Positions 16,362-24,799 of a stretch of DNA of 36,234 nt are shown here, in pieces; positions within the stretch are counted from its first letter, which is position 1, and every line of letters begins with the position of its first letter. Origin of the DNA: an uncultured Muribaculaceae bacterium. GTDB lineage: Bacteria > Bacillota_I > Bacilli_A > RF39 > UBA660. The notes beneath the pieces are model-generated. The model had not been told where the DNA came from, ran no database searches, and saw only the letters and a program-made list of their open reading frames with translations. The position numbers and the translations under genes were made by a program. The DNA lies in contig CAZFXQ010000005.1 in NCBI GenBank assembly GCA_964523265.1, positions 1-36,234 on the forward strand, given 5' to 3'.

Positions 16362-19300
16362 GTGGATAACAAAAAATTTGATGATGATTTAATTGATGTA
16401 AGTGATAAAAAAGATATTAATATTGATATTGATATAAATGTTAATAAGTCCAATAATTTTAAAAATAATTATAATTTACCTAAAAGCGAAACAAATATAT
16501 CTAAACATGATAATTCACAAAGTGGTTTTCAAAATAATAGACCAATTAATCCATATAATAATTCTGGAATAAATAAGTTGAATGATAATAAGAAATTAAG
16601 TAGCTTGAATAATAGGGGTGTTAATAATCAAAGAAAACCGTTTAATAATAATCTGGGTAGTAGATTAAATAATATAAATGATCAAAATAATGTTGATCAA
16701 AAAAGTAATCAGAATAATAATGGTTTTAAAAATAATAATGTTAATGATAGGGGTTTAAAACAAGGGGTAAATAGTGCAGCAGACAGAATAAGAAATGCTC
16801 CTCAAAATATTAAAGATAAAATTAATGATACAAAAGACAAAGTTAATAATACTAAAGAAAAAATTAAAAATACGTCAGAAAACGTAAAGAATAAAGCAAA
16901 TAACGCAAAGGAAAAATGGAACAATAGACCAAAGAGTTTTAATGAGTTTAAAGATAGGGCAAAAAGCAGTTTTAAAAATGCTGGTCCAAAATTAGCAGAT
17001 AAAGCTAAGCAAGGTGTAAAAAAAACAGGTCAAAAAGCATTAGATGAAGTAAAAGATACAGCAAAAGAGAAAGTAGAAAGTTCTAGTTTAGGACAAGCTG
17101 TTAATAAAACTAAAGATGTTATTGATAAAACAAAACACACAGTTGAAGTAACAAAAAAAGCATTTAAAGCAATAATTACTTTTTTAAAAGCTACATTTCC
17201 ATGGCTCGAAATTATACTTGTTATATTGCTATTCATATTTGCAGTAATAATGTTAGTTAATTACTTATTTCCTGGGTTGTTTGGTGATGTAAAAAAAGAT
17301 GATGAGTATGATAATTATGCTGATGTTGATCAAAAAACATTAGAAAAAATGAAAGATGTATTTAATAAGCATTCTAGCGAAGATGCTACGCTTGCTATGG
17401 CAACAGTTGTGTTTCCGTATTATACACAGTTGCATGATGGTAACGTTTCTAGTTATTTGACAACAACAGATAATGAAGATAGTGGTGAAGAAGATCCGGA
17501 AGTAGATGTTGAAGAAGAATTTGATGGAGATGATGTTGAAAAGGATGAAGGTGACCAAGAAGCTGATGATATGTATTTGTTACCATTTAGAAATAGTAAG
17601 GTAAGAAAAAGATTGGGTGATGTATTAGATGCATTGGATGGTGGTCAAGATTCTTGGGAAAGCTATTTGAAAGATAAGTATTTTAAAAACGATAAAGGGT
17701 TTAAAAAGGAATTTGATGAAAAAGTTATAACAGGATATAACGGATATAAAAAATTGTTTGAGGCACAAATAGATGATGCTTATGAAGATAATCTTGAAGA
17801 TGCTATAATTAAGAATTTACAAGATATTAAAGATTTCTTTTTACCATATATATTTGATCTTGAATATTTAATATGTTCATCTGAATCTACTAATATTGGT
17901 TATAGTGATGCTGGTGGGATAATCCAAGGTGAAGCTTATGTTATTATAAAAGATACAGGTGTTGGAAATCCATTTAGTACTCTTAAAAACGCACCAGATT
18001 TACATGGTACAGGTAGCGATCCATTAACTTTAAAAAGGTACGTAATGGGTGTATCATATGCTGAAATTGGTGACGAAGTAAAAAATGAACATGCTGCAAA
18101 GGCAGACATGATAGCTTCTAAAAGTTTTGTTTTGGGTAGAATAGCTTCAGGTGCACCAAATTCTGTTGGTATGGGATATAAATATGATGTAAAAGACGGG
18201 AAAACATACTTTTATATGAGAGGTAATACTTCAGATCAAGATTTTTGTGATATATATGAAGGTTGTAAAACTGGTAGATTTGCTAAAAGTAATATTAAGT
18301 CTACATCAAGTTTTGCTCAAGAAAGTAAGAAGAATGTAAAAGATCCACTTCCTGCTGAAGATATAGCTAATTTGGAAAAATGGTATGATGAGGTAGCTGG
18401 TGAATTTATTTACAATGAAAGTATGAAAGCGTTTGGTGGTTCACAATATGATACATTTAATAAAAATTGTGTTAAGGGTTATTGTTTATCTCAAAAGTTT
18501 GCAAGTAAATTAGCAAAGCAAGGTCATGATTATAAATATATTTTATATGATAGTATAAATGGAGCATTTAGTAGAGGTTATGTTGTATATAATATGGAAA
18601 CTCAACAATTATCAGTGTCATCTACTAATTGTGTAGAAAAATTAGCAGGTGGTTGTTCAATTGCATCGGAAGATTTTATATATTATTCACAAAGACAATA
18701 TAATGATGCAAATGTTGGTTATTGTGGAAGGGTTGATCCATCAGCAGAAGAACCACCAACAATAAGCACAAGTGGTTGTGGAGTAACTTCTATGGCTATG
18801 ATTATTTCTAATTTAACAGATGAGAAGCTTGATCCTTTAGCTACAATGAATGAAGCGGCTAACGCTTCATCCCCAGGACCATATTGTGGTGAAGGAATAG
18901 TTGGTACAAAACCAGAGTATTATAGATATTCTGCTAGTAAACATGGTATAACATATTCATCAGTTTTATCAACAGCAGAAGATGCAGAAGAAAAAGTAAA
19001 AACCACGCTAAACTCTGGTGGACTTGTTATTGCTAATGTAGGAAAAGGATGGCAACGAAAGGATCAAGGACCTGTTGAAGTAGGACATTATTTGGTTATA
19101 CGAGGTGTGGCTGGAGATGGTAGTTTACTTTTAGCAGATCCTATGCTTAAAGAAGCATCTTTAGATCCAACTGATTTAATTTCTTTTGCTGATATTGTTT
19201 CATTTATGAAAGATAAAGAAAGATATTTCTTCTTATTTACAAGTGCTAAATCAGACGAAATAAAAGAAAAATATTGTGGTCTTTCGGTAACTGGTGAACC

Positions 19301-19820
19301 AGGTGTTGCAACAGGGCATTTAGGTAATCCATTAGATCCTAATGATACAACCAGGGATTTTTCAAAAGAACCATGTCGTATGGGTGGAATTCTTTATAGT
19401 TCTGCTACAGCATTTCCTAGATATTGTAGTGGTAATCCACATGGAGGCGTTGATTTGAGTTATGTTGTAACTGGAACACCAATTTATGCAATGGATGGTG
19501 GTGTAGTTAGTGCGTCTAATGATGAAACAGGTTGGGGTAAACACATTATAATAGACCATGGTAATGGACATCATACGGTATATGCTCATTTTAGTAGTCG
19601 TTCGGTTCAAAAAGGTGAGAATGTTGCTAAGGGTCAATTAATTGGTTATAGTGGAAATAGTGGTAATTCAACAGGAGAACATTTGCACATTGAGTTATGG
19701 AATGATTCTTTATATAGCAAAAATGGTAGAGATGCAGGTAAGTATAGTGAAGGAAAGGGATTAATGAATCCAACTAAATATATAAATTCTAGCACAAGTT
19801 ATGTTGGACAAACTCGATAG
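16362..19820 (+). CDS. T4SS-associated multi-domain peptidoglycan hydrolase (C39-like cysteine peptidase plus M23 metallopeptidase, possibly SpoIID-like)
   Basis: GTG start after AGGTGGTG. About 270 aa of Asn/Lys-rich low complexity precede one TM helix (about 17170-17270). An acidic stretch follows. LKRYVMGVSYAEIGDEVKNEHAAKADMIASKSFVLGR is tentatively SpoIID-like. SGCGVTSMAMIISNL ... VGHYLVIRG is a C39-like Cys/His pair. M23 motifs are HGGVD (19439-) and GEHLHIELW (about 19678-19701). Confidence 0.85.
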   Translation: MDNKKFDDDLIDVSDKKDINIDIDINVNKSNNFKNNYNLPKSETNISKHDNSQSGFQNNRPINPYNNSGINKLNDNKKLSSLNNRGVNNQRKPFNNNLGSRLNNINDQNNVDQKSNQNNNGFKNNNVNDRGLKQGVNSAADRIRNAPQNIKDKINDTKDKVNNTKEKIKNTSENVKNKANNAKEKWNNRPKSFNEFKDRAKSSFKNAGPKLADKAKQGVKKTGQKALDEVKDTAKEKVESSSLGQAVNKTKDVIDKTKHTVEVTKKAFKAIITFLKATFPWLEIILVILLFIFAVIMLVNYLFPGLFGDVKKDDEYDNYADVDQKTLEKMKDVFNKHSSEDATLAMATVVFPYYTQLHDGNVSSYLTTTDNEDSGEEDPEVDVEEEFDGDDVEKDEGDQEADDMYLLPFRNSKVRKRLGDVLDALDGGQDSWESYLKDKYFKNDKGFKKEFDEKVITGYNGYKKLFEAQIDDAYEDNLEDAIIKNLQDIKDFFLPYIFDLEYLICSSESTNIGYSDAGGIIQGEAYVIIKDTGVGNPFSTLKNAPDLHGTGSDPLTLKRYVMGVSYAEIGDEVKNEHAAKADMIASKSFVLGRIASGAPNSVGMGYKYDVKDGKTYFYMRGNTSDQDFCDIYEGCKTGRFAKSNIKSTSSFAQESKKNVKDPLPAEDIANLEKWYDEVAGEFIYNESMKAFGGSQYDTFNKNCVKGYCLSQKFASKLAKQGHDYKYILYDSINGAFSRGYVVYNMETQQLSVSSTNCVEKLAGGCSIASEDFIYYSQRQYNDANVGYCGRVDPSAEEPPTISTSGCGVTSMAMIISNLTDEKLDPLATMNEAANASSPGPYCGEGIVGTKPEYYRYSASKHGITYSSVLSTAEDAEEKVKTTLNSGGLVIANVGKGWQRKDQGPVEVGHYLVIRGVAGDGSLLLADPMLKEASLDPTDLISFADIVSFMKDKERYFFLFTSAKSDEIKEKYCGLSVTGEPGVATGHLGNPLDPNDTTRDFSKEPCRMGGILYSSATAFPRYCSGNPHGGVDLSYVVTGTPIYAMDGGVVSASNDETGWGKHIIIDHGNGHHTVYAHFSSRSVQKGENVAKGQLIGYSGNSGNSTGEHLHIELWNDSLYSKNGRDAGKYSEGKGLMNPTKYINSSTSYVGQTR

Positions 19821-19855
19821 TTGGACTTATATAAATAGAAGGGTAGGATAATTAT

Positions 19856-20575
19856 ATGAGTAATATAAAAAAAATTATAATATTATTGTGCCTTATAGTT
19901 TTGACTGGTTGCGCTGTTGATGCTGAATATACAGTAAGAGATGACGGAACAACCTTAGAAAGTGCATATCTATATGAATATAATAATGAAATATATAAAT
20001 ATGGAGATAGTGTAGATGAGTATATTGATAGTAAAATGATATATAACAATGGACTTACATTTGAAGAATTTAGTAATACATATGAAGGTAATTATGGATA
20101 TGAAAAAGTTTTAAATTCTGATACATCTGGAATTAATCTTTCAAAAGACTACAAAAATATATGTTCTGCATTTAATAATACTTATTTTAAGTTTTTCTTT
20201 GATGAGATTAACTGTGAAGTAGTTGATAACAAATATAAATTATCTGCAAAAGGTTCTTATTTTGTGTGTGAAGATGATTGTGGTGACTACGGTGAGGTTG
20301 ATGAAGCTAACATAAAAATAAATTTGCCAAATAAAGCAAAAAAACAAAATGCTGATGAAGTGGTAGAAGAAAATACTTATATTTGGCATTTTGATAACAG
20401 CAAAGATCAAGTGCTAGAATTGGAATTTAAAATAAATGATGCTAATAGTAATAATAAAAACAATATTAATTTGGTAAAAACGATTGTAATATTGATATTA
20501 GTGGTGTTAGTTATTGGTATATTAGTTGGATTTGTATTATATAATAAATATAAGAATAACAAATTAGATTATTAA
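19856..20575 (+). CDS. lipoprotein with a C-terminal TM anchor, paralog 1
   Basis: Lipobox LTGC. Cys-containing ectodomain, then a C-terminal helix IVILILVVLVIGILVGFVLY and tail NKYKNNKLDY. Paralogous to the next ORF. Confidence 0.75.
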   Translation: MSNIKKIIILLCLIVLTGCAVDAEYTVRDDGTTLESAYLYEYNNEIYKYGDSVDEYIDSKMIYNNGLTFEEFSNTYEGNYGYEKVLNSDTSGINLSKDYKNICSAFNNTYFKFFFDEINCEVVDNKYKLSAKGSYFVCEDDCGDYGEVDEANIKINLPNKAKKQNADEVVEENTYIWHFDNSKDQVLELEFKINDANSNNKNNINLVKTIVILILVVLVIGILVGFVLYNKYKNNKLDY

Positions 20576-20584
20576 GGAGGAATT

Positions 20585-21295
20585 ATGAAAAAAATTAAAG
20601 TTTTAATTTTAGCTTTATTATTGATTTTATTATGTGGTTGTACTGCGAAAGAAAATATAGTAATGGATGATTATGGAAAAATATCACAAAAAGTAGTAAT
20701 TCCTCTTGAAAATAATAATATGACTGAAAAAGAATTTGCCAATTATGTAACTAATATTTTAAAACCATATAATAAAGCTTTAAGTTATAGAAATTATAAA
20801 ACTGCTATTGTTTATGATAAAGATTATGGTAATATTGTATTTACTAATAAATTTAAAAGTATTTGTTCATATATTGAAAAAACAGTTTTTAGTCAGTATA
20901 TGTATAAATTTGTAAAATGTTATGAAGATGAGAATTATATTGAAATAAAAAATGAAAGTGAGCATATTGCTTATTGTTCTGATTGTACAACTTGGCCTAA
21001 ATTTGACGATGTACAATACAGTATTTCACTACCTGTTAAAGCATTAGAATCTAATGCAGATACAGTAGATGGTACCACATATACATGGCAATTTGATAAA
21101 AATAGTGATAAAGATAAAAGTTTTTATTTGAAGATTAGTAAAAAAGATTTAGATGAAAATTTAGCAAGGTTAAAAAAAATTGAACAAATAAAAAAGATCG
21201 CTATTATACTATTAAGTGTTTTATTTGTTATTGGGCTTGGCCTTATTGCCATGAGGTTGTATAAAAAGAATAAGAATAACAAGTTAGATTATTAA
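20585..21295 (+). CDS. lipoprotein with a C-terminal TM anchor, paralog 2
   Basis: Lipobox LCGC. C-terminal helix AIILLSVLFVIGLGLIAMRLY and tail KKNKNNKLDY. Shares the (N/T)TY(I/T)W(H/Q)FD and LP(N/V)KA motifs with ORF 19856. Confidence 0.75.
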   Translation: MKKIKVLILALLLILLCGCTAKENIVMDDYGKISQKVVIPLENNNMTEKEFANYVTNILKPYNKALSYRNYKTAIVYDKDYGNIVFTNKFKSICSYIEKTVFSQYMYKFVKCYEDENYIEIKNESEHIAYCSDCTTWPKFDDVQYSISLPVKALESNADTVDGTTYTWQFDKNSDKDKSFYLKISKKDLDENLARLKKIEQIKKIAIILLSVLFVIGLGLIAMRLYKKNKNNKLDY

Positions 21296-21304
21296 AAAAA
21301 ATAT

Positions 21305-21331
21305 ATACCAAATATTTGAAATATTTGGTAT
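21305..21331. promoter_or_regulatory. 27-bp perfect palindrome overlapping an extended -10 (operator and/or terminator)
   Basis: ataccaaatattt-g-aaatatttggtat. Its right arm contains TGgTATAAT (21326-21334), 40 nt upstream of the coupling-protein ATG. Confidence 0.55.
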
Positions 21332-21373
21332 AATATTTTTGAGTTTAACTAGTTGTGATAAGGAGGCTTTGTT

Positions 21374-23734
21374 ATGAAGCTAAAATTTAGAGCGGAAAAG
21401 AAGGATATAATTGCCTTTTTATGGGGTTGTTTACTACTTTTAATGGTTGTTTCAATGATAGTTGTTAATTTGTATCATGCAACTGATGAATCAACTGGTG
21501 TAAATGAAAACACAAGATGGACATTTAATTTTATAAAGGGATTATTTCCACCTTATTTACCATATACAATTTTATTTTGGGTTATTGCTATAATAGCAGT
21601 ATTCGCTAGTTTATCTTCATACTTTTTTGAAAGAGAAAAAGGATTTGGATTTAAAGAAGGTAAAGAAGAAAAAGGATTTGGTAGATTTGCCAAAGAAGAT
21701 GAATACAAAAAATTTGAAAATGTAAAATCTGTTGAATTAACTGCCAAAGAGGCAACAGCGGCAGGGTTCCCATTAGTTTACGATAAGAAAAAGGGATTAG
21801 TATACGTTGATGATGGTGAATCTCATTCACTTGTAATAGGTGCAACAGGTTCTGGTAAAACGCAAATGGTTATTAATCCTTTAGTTAATTATTTAGCTAA
21901 AAAGGGTGAATCAATGGTTATTACTGACCCTAAAGGTGAGATATACGAAAAAAATGGAGAAATGTTAAAAGATAAGGGTTATGATGTTATAGTTGTTAAC
22001 TTTCGTGATCCACAAAATGGTAGTTGTTGGAATCCATATACACTTCCTTATAAATATTATAAAGAAGGTAACCAAGATAAAGCAAATGAGTTGTTAAATG
22101 ATATGGCTATAAACATTGCATCAGATGAAAAGGCTGATGATCCATTTTGGACTAATTCAGCAGCAGATTATTTAACAGGTTTATCACTTGGTATGTTTGA
22201 GGATGCTTCTGAAGATGAAATTAGTATTTCAACAGTTAACTTAATGATGACTGTTGGTGATGAAAAAATGGGGGGTTCTACTTACTTAAAAGAGTATTTT
22301 AGAATGAAAGACCCTGCATCACCAGCAGCAATTAACGCACTTGGTACAATAAATGCACCTCAAGATACTAAAAACTCAATAGATTCAGTTTTAAAGCAAA
22401 AAATAAAAGTTTTTGCAGTAACTCAAAACTTATCTGAAATGTTATCTAGAAGTGATTTTGATATGGAAACTATAGGAGAAAGAAAAACTGCTATTTTTAT
22501 GATAATACAAGATGAAAAAACAACATATCATGCACTTGCTACAATATTTGTTAAACAATGTTATGAGTCTTTAATTGCTGTTGCTCAAAGACATGGAGGA
22601 AAACTTCCTATTAGAACTAATTTTTTGCTTGATGAGTTTGCTAATATGCCTAAATTCAAAGATATTACAACAATGATTACAGCGGCACGTTCAAGACAAA
22701 TAAGAATGACTATGATAGTACAAAACTTTGCACAGTTAAAACAAGTTTATGGTAATGAAGATGCCGAAACAATTCGTGGTAACTGTGGTGACATATTATA
22801 CTTACTTACTGGTGAATTATCAGCTTTAGAAGAAATTAGTAAACTATGTGGTGACAAGGTAGTTAAAGTTGGTAAGGATAAAAGAGAAGAAACAAGACCT
22901 TTAATTACAGTTACAGAACTTCAAAGATTTAAACAAAATGAAGTTTTAGTATTAAAGCATCGTCTTCCACCTCTTAGAACAAAGTTCTTGCCATTTTGGG
23001 ATACGGATCTAGGTTATGGAAAAAACGCAAGTAAAGTTCCTAAGGCAGAGCTTCCATCTCATGAGCAGATACCAATTAAATTATTTGATATAAGGGAGTT
23101 TGTAAAAAAGAAGAAAGAAGAACAAAGAAGTGGTATGTTTGGGGGAGATAGTCCATTTGGTAACCAAGGTGGTAATATGTTTGGTCCAAATCCTTTCGGT
23201 GGTGTACCTATGAGTCCATTTGGTAATAATAATTCTGGTATGGATTTTAAGCCATCTATTAATCCATTTGAGAATAATGGTAACATTAATCAAATGCCAA
23301 CTTCAAATCCATTTGAAAGTGGTAAATCACAATCAGATGATTTGGAAATAGATGATATTATTAAGAAAATTGATGAAAGAATAGCAGAACTTGAAAAAGA
23401 AGAAGAACAAAATAAGAGTAACTTAAGTAAAGAAAGTACATCAAATGAAGAATCAGACATAAACGATATGATTAAACCATCTAGTGTTGATAAAATAGAT
23501 TTCACTAATTTTTCAAATAATAAGCATGATATAATGGATGATTTTATGGAAGATTTATCAGATGATGATGAAGATGATACTTCTGTTGAATTAAAACCAG
23601 ATGAAACACAAGTGGATGCTACATTTATTCCAAAGAATAATGATCAAATAGTTTATAAAAACGAATCAGAAATAGATAAAATTATGAATGAAAAAGATGA
23701 AAATGATGATATTTTTGATGACTTTTTTGAGTAA
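21374..23734 (+). CDS. virD4: type IV coupling protein (VirD4/TraG family) with a disordered NPF/FG-rich and acidic C-terminal tail
   Basis: Two N-terminal TM helices. Walker A GATGSGKTQ and Walker B FLLDEFANMP. The tail from about nt 23107 is Gly/Asn/Pro/Phe-rich and then Asp/Glu-rich. Confidence 0.88.
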   Translation: MKLKFRAEKKDIIAFLWGCLLLLMVVSMIVVNLYHATDESTGVNENTRWTFNFIKGLFPPYLPYTILFWVIAIIAVFASLSSYFFEREKGFGFKEGKEEKGFGRFAKEDEYKKFENVKSVELTAKEATAAGFPLVYDKKKGLVYVDDGESHSLVIGATGSGKTQMVINPLVNYLAKKGESMVITDPKGEIYEKNGEMLKDKGYDVIVVNFRDPQNGSCWNPYTLPYKYYKEGNQDKANELLNDMAINIASDEKADDPFWTNSAADYLTGLSLGMFEDASEDEISISTVNLMMTVGDEKMGGSTYLKEYFRMKDPASPAAINALGTINAPQDTKNSIDSVLKQKIKVFAVTQNLSEMLSRSDFDMETIGERKTAIFMIIQDEKTTYHALATIFVKQCYESLIAVAQRHGGKLPIRTNFLLDEFANMPKFKDITTMITAARSRQIRMTMIVQNFAQLKQVYGNEDAETIRGNCGDILYLLTGELSALEEISKLCGDKVVKVGKDKREETRPLITVTELQRFKQNEVLVLKHRLPPLRTKFLPFWDTDLGYGKNASKVPKAELPSHEQIPIKLFDIREFVKKKKEEQRSGMFGGDSPFGNQGGNMFGPNPFGGVPMSPFGNNNSGMDFKPSINPFENNGNINQMPTSNPFESGKSQSDDLEIDDIIKKIDERIAELEKEEEQNKSNLSKESTSNEESDINDMIKPSSVDKIDFTNFSNNKHDIMDDFMEDLSDDDEDDTSVELKPDETQVDATFIPKNNDQIVYKNESEIDKIMNEKDENDDIFDDFFE

Positions 23735-23762
23735 AAGACACTTTATAAAGTGTCTTTTTTTC
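23733..23762 (+). terminator. Rho-independent terminator
   Basis: aaaagacacttta/taaagtgtctttt hairpin followed by a T-run. Confidence 0.7.
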
Positions 23763-23776
23763 ATACATTATAATGG

Positions 23777-24052
23777 GTGATAAATATGTTAATAGATATA
23801 AGTGAGGTAAAAAATAAAAATAATATAATTGATATTAGAAGTAGTATTAGTTTTAATAAATTTAATTATGAGGGTAGTAAAAATATACCTAGAATGATTC
23901 TTCTTAGCAATCCTGATTTATACTTAAATAGGACTGAAGAATATTATATTTTATGTGATAAAGGATTATTAAGTAAATCAGTTAGTAATATACTTAATTC
24001 CTTGGGTTTTAATTGTTATAGTATAATTGGTGGAATAGAATCATTAAGATAA
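23777..24052 (+). CDS. single-domain rhodanese-like protein
   Basis: YILCDKGLLSKS resembles the rhodanese active-site loop (CxxGxRS-like), with IIGGIESL at the C-terminus. The start is GTG 23777 or ATG 23786. Confidence 0.6.
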   Translation: MINMLIDISEVKNKNNIIDIRSSISFNKFNYEGSKNIPRMILLSNPDLYLNRTEEYYILCDKGLLSKSVSNILNSLGFNCYSIIGGIESLR

Positions 24053-24124
24053 ATTTAAATAAATTTAAATAAAATAAAGACTTTTTATAAGAAATTTGAT
24101 ACAATTTAATAGTGGTGATAGTAT

Positions 24125-24790
24125 ATGATGCTTTTAAAAAAATTTAATATTAAACCTAATGATATTCATTTGTATGAAATAGCCTTTTGTCATTCTTCTT
24201 ATAAGAATGAAAATAATTTGGATTATGATTATCAAAGATTAGAATTTTTGGGTGATAAAGTTCTTGATTTAATTATGAGTGATTATTTATATAATACAAC
24301 AGATTATGAAGAAGGAAAAATGACCAAGATAAGATCTATGTATGTTTGTGAAAATGCATTATATGAGTATGCTATGCTTCTTGATTTTTCATTGTATGCT
24401 AAAGTTGGTAAGGGTGAAGAAATGCATGGGGGTAAATTAAGAAAAGCAACTTTAGCTGATATGTTTGAATCTTTTTTGGGAGCTGTTTATTTAGATCAGG
24501 GATTTAAAAAAGCTAAAGAAATTGTATATAGTGTAGTAATACCATTTATAGAAGATAAAGATGAAACATTTTTTATGGATTACAAATCAAAATTACAAGA
24601 ATTAGTTCAGACAACCAAAAAATCTGTAACATATCAAATAGTAAAAGAAGAAGGACCAGCTCATGATAGAACATTTTGGGCTAATGTAATAGTTGATGGA
24701 ATTGTTTTAGGTAGTGGGGTTGCTAAATCAAAAAAGGATGCTGAACAAAATGCAGCAAAAGATGCACTAGATAAAAGTGTAAGTTTATAG
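24125..24790 (+). CDS. rnc: ribonuclease III
   Basis: Signature QRLEFLGDKVLDL and a C-terminal dsRBD (GPAHDRTF...SKKDAEQNAAKDAL). Canonical rnc-smc synteny. Confidence 0.95.
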   Translation: MMLLKKFNIKPNDIHLYEIAFCHSSYKNENNLDYDYQRLEFLGDKVLDLIMSDYLYNTTDYEEGKMTKIRSMYVCENALYEYAMLLDFSLYAKVGKGEEMHGGKLRKATLADMFESFLGAVYLDQGFKKAKEIVYSVVIPFIEDKDETFFMDYKSKLQELVQTTKKSVTYQIVKEEGPAHDRTFWANVIVDGIVLGSGVAKSKKDAEQNAAKDALDKSVSL

Positions 24791-24799
24791 GAGAGTATT

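Noticed and set aside
9251-23734. Prophage interpretation, reading the 995-aa coiled-coil protein as a tape measure and the M23/C39 protein as a tail lysin.
   Set aside because: The 995-aa protein has a polytopic membrane N-terminus. VirB4- and VirD4-type ATPases are present. There is no terminase, portal, capsid, tail tube or holin candidate.
21374-23734. FtsK/SpoIIIE-type EssC of a type VII secretion system.
   Set aside because: It has a single P-loop domain with the VirD4/TraG-type LLDEFAN Walker B context and two N-terminal TM helices. No WXG100, EsaA or EssB-like genes are present, and it co-occurs with VirB4.
7407-23776. ICE boundaries or att direct repeats flanking the T4SS block.
   Set aside because: By eye I found no convincing repeats of 12 nt or more shared between the 7407-7496 and 23735-23776 intergenic regions, and no tRNA or integrase. 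This cannot be excluded without a computational repeat search.
24053-24085. Direct repeat aaatttaaat-aaatttaaat in the rhodanese-rnc intergenic region.
   Set aside because: It is a short, low-complexity A/T duplication of a kind expected by chance at this composition. It has no partner elsewhere in the window.
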